64,000 bases of DNA, from positions 432,572-496,571 of the forward strand of contig JANBVJ010000001.1 in assembly GCA_024239055.1 (NCBI GenBank), in the 5' to 3' direction. Origin of the DNA: Patescibacteria group bacterium (lineage in GTDB: Bacteria; Patescibacteriota; Minisyncoccia; Minisyncoccales; UBA10102). Positions 45,341 through 53,206 of this stretch are shown one piece after another. How positions within the stretch are numbered: position 1 is the first letter of the stretch; each line of letters opens with the position of its first letter. The position numbers were made by a program, and so were the translations under genes. The notes beneath the pieces are model-generated. The model was not told the origin of the DNA. It did not search any database and saw only the letters and a list, made by a program, of their open reading frames with translations.

Positions 45341-46024
45341 TTAAATAGCCCACCATTGAAATTTAAATCCAAAAAAGTCCAATATAACATTTATTGCAAG
45401 CCATGATAAAAGCATTACAAGATACCCAATTAGAATATATTTCCAAGCGGCTTTTATTTGAATAAGAATTTCAGGAGAACCAAAGGAAAGATATGACATA
45501 GTTGCAGTAATAACAGCCATAACTCCAATAATAAGTAGTCCTAATTTCCATAATGCAAAGTTAAGCAGGTTGTTTAAAAGGAGAAATAGATGAGGAATAC
45601 TACATGGCTCACTTTCATTATTTAGCGTATCGGGATTATCGTACTCGGTTCCGCAAATAACAAGACCACTAGATGTTCCTGATGGAGCCATAATTATATT
45701 AAATGTTTGTGAGTCACTCCAGCTTCCGCAATTTGTGTCTTCACAAGAACGTACAGCCCAATTATATGTTCCAATCTCAAGATCATATGTTGAAATTGAT
45801 GAAGTAGATATAATTTTATCTAATGCTGTGCCATTCGGAAGGTTTATATGGTATTGAGATAATTCTGTTTCAGTGTTATTCCATTTAAACTCTATTACCC
45901 CCTTCCATATAGGAGAATCACTATCTGTTGGATATAGAAGATCTGGAGCCGCATTTATATAGATAAACGGAGAGAACAAAAGAACAAAGAGCGCGATTAC
46001 GAAAAAGTATCCCCTGTAATTCAT
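45341..46024 (-). CDS. Signal peptide plus beta-sandwich-like domain plus C-terminal pilin-like two-helix module
   Basis: The N-domain LLYP.D.....GVIEFKW....E.SQYHINL.....YNWAVRSCE...CGSWS.SQTFNI is paralogous to the 62856-63554 protein. The C-terminus LIIGVMAVITATMSYLSFGSPEILIQIKAAWKYILIGYLVMLLSWLAINVI is the pilin-like module. It has an ATGA overlap with rsmA. Confidence 0.5.
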   Translation of the reverse strand: MNYRGYFFVIALFVLLFSPFIYINAAPDLLYPTDSDSPIWKGVIEFKWNNTETELSQYHINLPNGTALDKIISTSSISTYDLEIGTYNWAVRSCEDTNCGSWSDSQTFNIIMAPSGTSSGLVICGTEYDNPDTLNNESEPCSIPHLFLLLNNLLNFALWKLGLLIIGVMAVITATMSYLSFGSPEILIQIKAAWKYILIGYLVMLLSWLAINVILDFFGFKFQWWAI

Positions 46025-46842
46025 TTATTAATTGTATACTTCTCAGATAGATTTATCCAATCTTCTATAGAGAGTGTTTCAGCTCTCTGTTTTATATTGA
46101 TATTAGATTTATCCAACCATAAACTTACTTTCTCTGATGTAAGATCTAATCCTTCCTTTAGGTTATTGATGAGTTGGCGTCTCGGATGCAGGAATCCAGC
46201 TTTCACAACTTTAAAGAAGTGCTTTGGTAGTTTTGTATTATAAAGCTTTAAATGAACAATAGATGAATTGACCTTGGGAGCCGGCCAGAAGGAACCCGGG
46301 CGTATATTTCCTACAATTGTAGCTTTAGCATACGCTTGTACGGCTACGGAGATTAAGTGCATACGGGGAGTAGAGGCTGTTATTCTTTCAGCCACCTCTT
46401 TTTGCAAGAGCAAGGTCATAGATGTGGGTTTGTTCTCCATGTCTTCTAAAAATCTTCTTATAAAGGCAGCTGATATATAGTAGGGTAGGTTTGCAACAAC
46501 CTTGTAGTTCTTTGGGAGTTTTTCAGGGGACATCTTGAGAATATCATCCTGGATAATAGTAATATTTGGAATATCCTTTAGTTCTTCTTTTAGGATACCA
46601 ACCATATTCCAGTCTTTTTCAACAGCAATAACTTCTTTTACCTTTGTTGCGAGCTCTTTTGTAAGAGTGCCTAATCCCGGACCAACCTCAAGCACAGTGT
46701 CACTCTTTTTTAGATTGGCTGATTCAATAATCTTTACAAGCACTCCTTTATTGATAAGGAAGTTCTGACCAAACCCTTTTTTAGGGATGATGTTGTGCTT
46801 ATTAAGCAGTTCTTTTATTTGTGTTGGAGTTAGTATATTCAT
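46021..46842 (-). CDS. rsmA: 16S rRNA (adenine1518/1519-N6)-dimethyltransferase RsmA/KsgA
   Basis: GQNFL.....L..I, LEVGPGLGTLT and VANLPYYIS motifs. Confidence 0.9.
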   Translation of the reverse strand: MNILTPTQIKELLNKHNIIPKKGFGQNFLINKGVLVKIIESANLKKSDTVLEVGPGLGTLTKELATKVKEVIAVEKDWNMVGILKEELKDIPNITIIQDDILKMSPEKLPKNYKVVANLPYYISAAFIRRFLEDMENKPTSMTLLLQKEVAERITASTPRMHLISVAVQAYAKATIVGNIRPGSFWPAPKVNSSIVHLKLYNTKLPKHFFKVVKAGFLHPRRQLINNLKEGLDLTSEKVSLWLDKSNINIKQRAETLSIEDWINLSEKYTINK

Positions 46843-46878
46843 GGGGATAATAAGCTTGACTGGGAGAAAATTAAAGGT

Positions 46879-47910
46879 ATGATAGAGTCATTCGGTATGA
46901 ATATTGAACCTGGAGATAATCCATTAAAACGTTCTAGGAATCCACTTATATTCGTGGCTCTTGGAGTCATTTTTCTATTTGTGCTTTTGGGTTTAAGAAG
47001 CGGGGGTGAGGATACTTCAGCTTTTTTGCTGCCTGACGTAGAAAATAGCATGTTTGCCGCTCAAGTCATAGGAGCATTTGGTGAAACTCCAGAGCTTATT
47101 TTGGTGGGGGAAAAAGGAGTCTTGGCGGCCACCCCTCCCGTGACCGTCACCCCACAGATTTTGGGAGCTATTATAGGAGGTTTTGATTCAGATATTTCAG
47201 CTGAGATTATTAAGTACGTAGTGGAAGATAAAGATACTATATCCTCCATTTCTGAACAGTTTAACATTTCTGTTAATACCATTCTATGGGCAAATGATCT
47301 AAACTCCAATTCAGCATTGAGAAAGGGACAGATTTTGACCGTCCTCCCTGTTTCGGGAGCTCTGCACTTAGTCCGCCCTTCCGACACCCTTTCTGAGATA
47401 GCTGGTTGGTATAAGGCTGACGCAGATAACATAGTTTCCTTTAATGGATTAGCTTCAGCTGCTGAAATATATGCGGGTGACCTTATTGTAATCCCAGACG
47501 GTATTCAACCAAAGGTTCTTCCAAGTGGACGTCTGACTCCAATTCCAAATTCTTACTTTATTTATCCAGTTCCCGCTCCCTATCGTATGACTCAGGGTTT
47601 GCATCCATATAACGCAGTTGACTTTAGTAACGGTAAGTGTTCAGAGTCTGTGTATGCGGCTGCCGGCGGGACTATTCAGAAGACAGGATATACTTCTATT
47701 GGTGGAAGGTATGTGAGAATTCTTCATCCTAATGGAGTTGTAACGTACTATGGACACTTGTCAGCTACCTTAGTGAAGCCGGGAGATAGAATCTTTCAGG
47801 GACAGATTGTTGGATATACAGGAAGTACAGGATATACAATTCCTGCGGGTTCTGCTGGATGCCATCTGCACTTTGAGGTTAGGGGAGCTGTTAACCCATT
47901 CAATAAATAA
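46879..47910 (+). CDS. LysM-domain M23 peptidoglycan endopeptidase
   Basis: N-terminal TM and two LysM repeats (ISSISEQFNISVNTILWANDL; LSEIAGWYKADADNIVSFNGL). M23 motifs HP.NAVDF and GYTGSTGY......CHLHFEV. Confidence 0.85.
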   Translation: MIESFGMNIEPGDNPLKRSRNPLIFVALGVIFLFVLLGLRSGGEDTSAFLLPDVENSMFAAQVIGAFGETPELILVGEKGVLAATPPVTVTPQILGAIIGGFDSDISAEIIKYVVEDKDTISSISEQFNISVNTILWANDLNSNSALRKGQILTVLPVSGALHLVRPSDTLSEIAGWYKADADNIVSFNGLASAAEIYAGDLIVIPDGIQPKVLPSGRLTPIPNSYFIYPVPAPYRMTQGLHPYNAVDFSNGKCSESVYAAAGGTIQKTGYTSIGGRYVRILHPNGVVTYYGHLSATLVKPGDRIFQGQIVGYTGSTGYTIPAGSAGCHLHFEVRGAVNPFNK

Positions 47911-47913
47911 GAA

Positions 47914-47940
47914 CACCGGGATAAACCCCGGTGCTTTTTT
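47914..47940. terminator. Bidirectional intrinsic terminator (M23 peptidase / dksA-like)
   Basis: CACCGGG-ataaac-CCCGGTG followed by CTTTTTT. Confidence 0.65.
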
Positions 47941-48295
47941 ATGCTTTACAATCAATACAAGTTGTAGCTTCAGGAGATGCTTTTAGGCGTTCAAGGTTGA
48001 TATTCTTTTTGCACTTCTCACACTTTCCATACGTTCCTTTCTTAATGCGCTCTAAGGCCGCATCTACGTCTTGTAACTGCTTTTCCAGACTAAACTCAAT
48101 GTGAAGATTAGTGGTGTACTCTTCTACTTCGTCCGCTGCCTCTTCCAAGTTTCCTTCGGGAACCCGAGGCATCTTGGCATTCCAATCCCCTTTAATCTTT
48201 GGATCTTTTTCTGCAAGAGAAGAAAGCTCTTGTTCTAGGTGTTTCTTTTTTTCAAGTAAATCTTCCTTAAGCGTAGTGGTTATTTCTTTGTTCAT
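47939..48295 (-). CDS. DksA/TraR-family C4 zinc-finger protein
   Basis: An N-terminal coiled coil and the C-terminal YGKCEKCKK.I...RL.A.P.ATTCIDCK. Confidence 0.75.
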   Translation of the reverse strand: MNKEITTTLKEDLLEKKKHLEQELSSLAEKDPKIKGDWNAKMPRVPEGNLEEAADEVEEYTTNLHIEFSLEKQLQDVDAALERIKKGTYGKCEKCKKNINLERLKASPEATTCIDCKA

Positions 48296-48322
48296 TATTA
48301 ATTATAGTTTTTATGGTGATAT

Positions 48323-49315
48323 TTATTCAAGAAGTGAGCGGAAGAAATCCCAATCAAAGTTCCAGGGATCTGTTTTTCTAGTAGGGGATATTTCTTGATG
48401 CCCAAGAATATTTTTGGATGGAACGGCATACTTAGCGCTTAACTCTTTAACGAGTTGCGCAAGCGTTTGATACTGGATATCTGTGGGGGATGCGGTCTGA
48501 AGGTAGACTAGGTCAATTCCAATAGAGAAGAGGCTGATGTTTATCCTGCCGTCAGGCATACTGCTTGCTCCTGCATGATAGGCAATATCCTCATCTTTTA
48601 CTAGGTGGTACACTATTCCCTCTTGGGAGATGAGATAATGAGGGGAGACTCCAAAGATTTTGAATTCATCAATCATGCTGTCTATATTTAGAGAATTATT
48701 CTGCAATAATGGGGCGTGCGCAGAGTGGATGATAATGGTGTCAATGGATCGAGGGGCGTCTGGAATCTCAAAGCCAAAAGAAAGAGGACGATCAATAATC
48801 TCAAGTGGTTGGATTGTAATTTCAGATGGAGGAGTTGGTTCTTCTTTAACAGGAAGGGTTGGTTGTTGTATTGGTACTGTCTGCTCTATGGGTTCCTGTG
48901 GAACAGCTTCCTTGATAAAGTACCAGTAAACGAATAACCCTGCATTTACCAGAAGGAAGACAATAATGAATCCAATAACAAGACGAATAATAACTTTTTG
49001 CGTATGGGAGAGTGGTTTTGGTACTGAGATGTTTGGAGTCTTAGCTTCCGGGGCAAGAGAGATTTGAGCTTTGTCCATTGCAGGTAAGTTAGGCTCTTCT
49101 TCCTTTATTGGTAATTGAGGCTGTTCTTCTTTTATAGGTTGTTGAGGTTTCTCCTCTTTTTTTCTCTTCTGTTCTATTTTAATATCAGCTATTCGTTTTC
49201 TTTCTTTTTCTACCTCTTCACGTCGAAGCTTGGCAATATCCTTTGCCATTGTGCGAACCTCCTCTCGTTTTAGAAAGTCGAGTTTTTCTTTATCCCCTTG
49301 GGGCTGTTCTGCCAT
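48323..49315 (-). CDS. Membrane-anchored N-acetylmuramoyl-L-alanine amidase (Amidase_2/PGRP-like)
   Basis: The charged N-terminus has repeated PQQPIKEEQP / PQLPIKEEEP, followed by a TM. The C-terminal domain carries IIIHSAH, PHYLISQEGIVY.LV....AYHAG and GHQEISPTRKTDP. Confidence 0.75.
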   Translation of the reverse strand: MAEQPQGDKEKLDFLKREEVRTMAKDIAKLRREEVEKERKRIADIKIEQKRKKEEKPQQPIKEEQPQLPIKEEEPNLPAMDKAQISLAPEAKTPNISVPKPLSHTQKVIIRLVIGFIIVFLLVNAGLFVYWYFIKEAVPQEPIEQTVPIQQPTLPVKEEPTPPSEITIQPLEIIDRPLSFGFEIPDAPRSIDTIIIHSAHAPLLQNNSLNIDSMIDEFKIFGVSPHYLISQEGIVYHLVKDEDIAYHAGASSMPDGRINISLFSIGIDLVYLQTASPTDIQYQTLAQLVKELSAKYAVPSKNILGHQEISPTRKTDPWNFDWDFFRSLLE

Positions 49316-49317
49316 AG

Positions 49318-51408
49318 TTATTTTTTAGCGTCTTTGAGTGAAAGATCTATTCTTCCCTGTTCATCAATTTTAATGACTTTTACAGGAATCACGTCTCCTA
49401 TTTTTACTATATCTTCTACTTTATCTACGTGCCTTTCAGCTAACTTTGAGATATGAACTAATCCTTCCTGGCCTGGTAGAATTTCAACAAAGGCTCCAAA
49501 GTCCAAGATGCGTTTGACTGGTCCCTCAAACTGTTCTCCAACTTCTACTGTTCTTGTGATTCCCTCTATCTTTTCAACAGCTTTTTTTCCATTGTCTTCG
49601 TTATTCGCGGTTACATAGACCTGTCCATCTTCTTCAACATCAATCTGAACGTCATAGGTCTCAGTCAACTCTCTAATGTTCTTTCCTCCGGGCCCTATGA
49701 GATCTCCAATTTTATCTTTGTTGATTTGTAAGGTGTAAATGCGCGGTGCCCACTTAGATAATTCCTTTCTTGGTTCTGGGAGTACCTTTGCCATAACATC
49801 ATCTAATATCTGATAACGAGCTATCTTTGCGCCCGCAAGGGCTTCTGCAAATATAGAAGCGGTAATTCCTAAAATCTTCACATCCATTTGAATTGCGGTA
49901 ATTCCCTTTTTTGTTCCCGCTGCCTTAAAGTCCATGCCTCCGTGATGGTCTTCTGGTCCTTGAATGTCAGTTAATATCTTATAGGCACCTTCTTTATCAG
50001 TCATCATTCCCATTGCAATTCCCGCAACAGGTGAGGTAATTGGAACCCCTGCGTCCATTAGGACTAAGGACGAGGAACAGGCAGCTGCCATGGAGGTTGA
50101 ACCATTAGAGGCAACTGATTCTGTTACTATTCGAATGGTATAAGGAAAATCCTCTGTGTTTGGAAGTACGGGTAGCAGAGCTTTTTCAGCTAGCATCCCA
50201 TGTCCTATCTCTCTTCTATTAGGGCTTCGCATTGGCTTTGTTTCACCAGAGGAATATGGAGGGAAGTTGTAATGATGCATGTAACGCTTTTTTTCAAGCC
50301 CTTCCATGTTTTCTGAAAGTTTGTAGTCCCCCGGAGTTCCTAGGGTAAGAACTGAGAGTGTTTTTGTCTGTCCTCTTGTGAATAGTGCGCTACCGTGAGT
50401 TCTTGGCAGGAGTCCTACTTCTCCAGATAGATTTCTTATCTCATCCATCTTTCTTCCATCTACACGGAGATTCTTTTTTGTTGCCCCCTCATTCACCATA
50501 CGGTCAATCTCATCTTCAAAGAATTTAGCTGCGTATTCTTCTTTTTCTGTTTCAGGGTATTTGCCTTCAATGTATGAGATAAGCTCTGACTTTAATTCAT
50601 TCATCTCATGTAAACGGTTCTCAAATAAAGTCTTTTCCAAGCGTTCTCCAATGTATTCTTTAATCTCGCCTTCCAAACCGGCATCCACTGGAGAATCCTC
50701 CAATACTATCTTTTCCTTCCCAACTTCCTTTATAATCTTTCTCTGCAAAGAAATGAGTTGTTTTAAAAAGGGTTCTGCGTACTGCCATGCTTCTTCATAT
50801 ATATCTTCTCCTACTTCTTGCGATTCAGCTTCAATCATATTGATGACCAATTCCCCATCTTTTTCTGTTCCTGCAACCACAAAGTCTATTTCAGACTTCT
50901 CCCTTTCTTCATACGTTGGGTTGATAATAAATTTGTTATCAACGCGTCCTATCCGCACAACTCCTACAGGTCCGTTCCACGGAATATCAGAGATAGATAG
51001 GGCAAGAGATGAACCTAATAGTCCGATGATATCAGCGTCGTTTTCTTCATCCCAGGAAAGACATGTGTTCACAATTTGTATCTCGCCTTTCATGTGTTTT
51101 TCAAAGAGCGGGCGAACAGCTCTGTCAATAAGACGGGCAGTAACGATGGCGTCGTCTGATGCACGCCCTTCTCTTCTCATAAATCTAGAACCTAATATTT
51201 TTCCTGCAGCATAAAATCTCTCCTCGTACTCTATGGTAAGAGGAAAGAAATCAAGTCCTTCTCTGCCTTTTGATAATGTGGCAGCAGATAAGATAACTGT
51301 GTCTCCTATCTGCACTACAACGTTTCCATTTGCCTGATTAGCCCAATCCTTTAATTTAAAAGTAATGGTGCGTTCTCCAAGCTTTATCTCAAAATTTTTA
51401 TTGGCCAT
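49318..51408 (-). CDS. pnp: Polyribonucleotide nucleotidyltransferase (PNPase)
   Basis: 696 aa with two RNase PH domains, KH (IGPGGKNIREL) and S1 (GAFVEILPGQEGLVHIS). Confidence 0.95.
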   Translation of the reverse strand: MANKNFEIKLGERTITFKLKDWANQANGNVVVQIGDTVILSAATLSKGREGLDFFPLTIEYEERFYAAGKILGSRFMRREGRASDDAIVTARLIDRAVRPLFEKHMKGEIQIVNTCLSWDEENDADIIGLLGSSLALSISDIPWNGPVGVVRIGRVDNKFIINPTYEEREKSEIDFVVAGTEKDGELVINMIEAESQEVGEDIYEEAWQYAEPFLKQLISLQRKIIKEVGKEKIVLEDSPVDAGLEGEIKEYIGERLEKTLFENRLHEMNELKSELISYIEGKYPETEKEEYAAKFFEDEIDRMVNEGATKKNLRVDGRKMDEIRNLSGEVGLLPRTHGSALFTRGQTKTLSVLTLGTPGDYKLSENMEGLEKKRYMHHYNFPPYSSGETKPMRSPNRREIGHGMLAEKALLPVLPNTEDFPYTIRIVTESVASNGSTSMAAACSSSLVLMDAGVPITSPVAGIAMGMMTDKEGAYKILTDIQGPEDHHGGMDFKAAGTKKGITAIQMDVKILGITASIFAEALAGAKIARYQILDDVMAKVLPEPRKELSKWAPRIYTLQINKDKIGDLIGPGGKNIRELTETYDVQIDVEEDGQVYVTANNEDNGKKAVEKIEGITRTVEVGEQFEGPVKRILDFGAFVEILPGQEGLVHISKLAERHVDKVEDIVKIGDVIPVKVIKIDEQGRIDLSLKDAKK

Positions 51409-51914
51409 TCACGTTTTTTTAGTAAATATTTATCTGGACTCTCTGATAAGTCTATAAACTCATTAACCTGATCTTTTAATTTGGAAGAGGTTGATTTTCC
51501 AAAAGCAATTGCCTCAACTCGTTTTCCCTGGTTTTGCAGGTATTCTACGAGAGGTTGGTAATCTCCGTCTCCTGATACTAAGACAACTACATCTACACCG
51601 GGGGCGGTTTTAATAGCATCTACCGCAATTCCCACATCCCAATCTGCTTTTTTCAATCCTCCATAATACTCTTGCAGGTCCTTTACCCTTGTCTCTATTC
51701 CCAGTTTGATAAGCGCATCAAAAAACGGCTTTTCTTCGCCGGTCTTAGTGCGAACTACGTAGGCGTATGCCCAGATGAGTTTGCGAGATGCTACTCCGGT
51801 CTTGAGAATCTCAGCGAAATTCACTCTTGCCTGATACAGATTCTTAGCTGAATGATAGAGATTCTGAACGTCTATGAAGATAGCAACACGCTGATCTTTG
51901 TTTTTTACACTCAT
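51384..51914 (-). CDS. NYN-domain (LabA-like) protein
   Basis: VAIFIDVQNLY and VVLVSGDGDY.PLV..L...G..V. It overlaps the pnp start by 25 nt. Confidence 0.8.
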   Translation of the reverse strand: MSVKNKDQRVAIFIDVQNLYHSAKNLYQARVNFAEILKTGVASRKLIWAYAYVVRTKTGEEKPFFDALIKLGIETRVKDLQEYYGGLKKADWDVGIAVDAIKTAPGVDVVVLVSGDGDYQPLVEYLQNQGKRVEAIAFGKSTSSKLKDQVNEFIDLSESPDKYLLKKREWPIKILR

Positions 51915-51916
51915 TA

Positions 51917-52183
51917 TTATCTTTTTAATCCAATCTTCCTCACTAATGCATTATAACGCCTTGTATCTTCCGATTGAAGATAGCGAAGGTGATTTCTTCT
52001 TTGAGCAACCATTTGAAGGAGCCCACGCTTGGAGTGAACATCCTTTGGGTGCGTTCTTAGGTGTGAGAGAAGTCGGTTTATCTCCTCAGACAATAAGGCT
52101 ACCTGAACCTCGGGGGAACCCGTATCTCCTTCTTTTGTCTGATGCGCTGTGATAATTCTCTCTTTATCTTTCGTTGTAAGCAT
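51917..52183 (-). CDS. rpsO: 30S ribosomal protein S15
   Basis: MLTTKDKERII...GDTGSPEVQVALLSEEI..L..HL..H.KD.HS.RGLL.MV..RR..L.YL; the start is at the internal ATG 52183. Confidence 0.9.
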   Translation of the reverse strand: MLTTKDKERIITAHQTKEGDTGSPEVQVALLSEEINRLLSHLRTHPKDVHSKRGLLQMVAQRRNHLRYLQSEDTRRYNALVRKIGLKR

Positions 52184-52233
52184 AAATGCATTATACGGGT
52201 AAATAGAAAAAACGCAAGGTACAAAGTGCACTC

Positions 52234-52509
52234 TTAAAAGTATTTCTTTATGCGGTCAATATGTTTTTTCTCAATGCGGTCTCTTTTGTTTTTTAGCATC
52301 TCCTTTAGTCCTTGATTAAACTCTTTTTCGGTGATACCTCTGCTGTATCTGGGTTCGTCAAACTTTTCCATTACCCGTTCCACATACTCTTTTCTCCACG
52401 ATTGCAAGGGCACGCGCTTTAAACGCTGCTCAAACTGCTTTTTTGTGATCTTACCTCCATGTTTGCCAAATGGGCTGTATTTTTTGTTTGTATAGCGAAA
52501 GAGAGCCAT
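52234..52509 (-). CDS. Hypothetical small basic protein
   Basis: 91-aa ORF between tRNA-Lys and rpsO. I recognise no motif. Confidence 0.4.
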   Translation of the reverse strand: MALFRYTNKKYSPFGKHGGKITKKQFEQRLKRVPLQSWRKEYVERVMEKFDEPRYSRGITEKEFNQGLKEMLKNKRDRIEKKHIDRIKKYF

Positions 52510-52522
52510 ATTATTTATTTAG

Positions 52523-52594
52523 TACCCCGCATAGGATTCGAACCTATAACCAATTGCTTAAGAGGCAACTGCTCTACCGTTGAGCTAGCGGGGC
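52523..52594 (-). tRNA. tRNA-Lys (anticodon CTT), no encoded CCA
   Basis: Hand-folded cloverleaf: GCCCCGC-TA-GCTC-AACGGTA-GAGC-A-GTTGC-CTCTTAA-GCAAT-TGGTT-ATAGG-TTCGAAT-CCTAT-GCGGGGT-A. Confidence 0.85.
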
Positions 52595-52598
52595 CCAC

Positions 52599-53066
52599 CT
52601 AGATACCACACTGAATCTGCCACCAACTCCCCAATCCTGTCCATGAGGCTACTCCGAGGAACGCAAGGAAGGTGTTCACAAATATCCATGCAGTGTACAC
52701 TATTAGGAGGCCAATTACAACAGAAGTAAGTGTCTTTTTGCCTTTTTCGTGAAGCGTAGGATTTCCAGCTCCAACAAGCAGATATATTCCTCCTACTGCG
52801 AGTAATAGGCCTGCTAGTGATGGTACAACCGCAAATCCTCCATTCAAATCTCCAGAAGGAAAGAGAAAGAAGGTAATAACATTATGTCCTAGTTGGAATA
52901 TATTGCAGAATCCACATGGTTGGTCTTCAATAATATTTGTACCCACAATATCTTCAGAGAGTCCACACTGAACAAGTCCAGCATCTGCTTGAAATGGTAT
53001 CAAGAATAATCCAAGTATTAGTATAATACCTCCTCCAAGTAATATTTTTTGTGATATGTTTCGCAT
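52599..53066 (-). CDS. Pilin-like two-helix membrane protein with a Cys-containing N-terminal segment
   Basis: Signal/TM, then CG...C.FC, then LLAVGGIYLLVGAGNPTLHEKGKKTLTSVVIGLLIVYTAWIFVNTF. This has the same helix-loop-helix layout as the T4SS-operon pilin-like modules. Confidence 0.5.
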   Translation of the reverse strand: MRNISQKILLGGGIILILGLFLIPFQADAGLVQCGLSEDIVGTNIIEDQPCGFCNIFQLGHNVITFFLFPSGDLNGGFAVVPSLAGLLLAVGGIYLLVGAGNPTLHEKGKKTLTSVVIGLLIVYTAWIFVNTFLAFLGVASWTGLGSWWQIQCGI

Positions 53067-53072
53067 ATTTTG

Positions 53073-53146
53073 TACGCCTGGCAGGACTCGAACCCACAGC
53101 CTTCTCGTCCGAAGCGAGACGCTCTATCCAGTTGAGCTACAGGCGC
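53073..53146 (-). tRNA. tRNA-Arg (anticodon TCG), no encoded CCA
   Basis: GCGCCTG-TA-GCTC-AACTGGATA-GAGC-G-TCTCG-CTTCGGA-CGAGA-AGGCT-GTGGG-TTCGAGT-CCTGC-CAGGCGT-A. Confidence 0.85.
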
Positions 53147-53206
53147 TATGTCGTAAATTGTAGCATAAAAATTGAAAAATTCAATCAATTCAGATAACAT
53201 ATATAT

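Noticed and set aside
50561-51214. 217-aa plus-strand ORF
   Set aside because: It is antisense to the well-supported pnp gene, and its Ser-rich product has no motifs.
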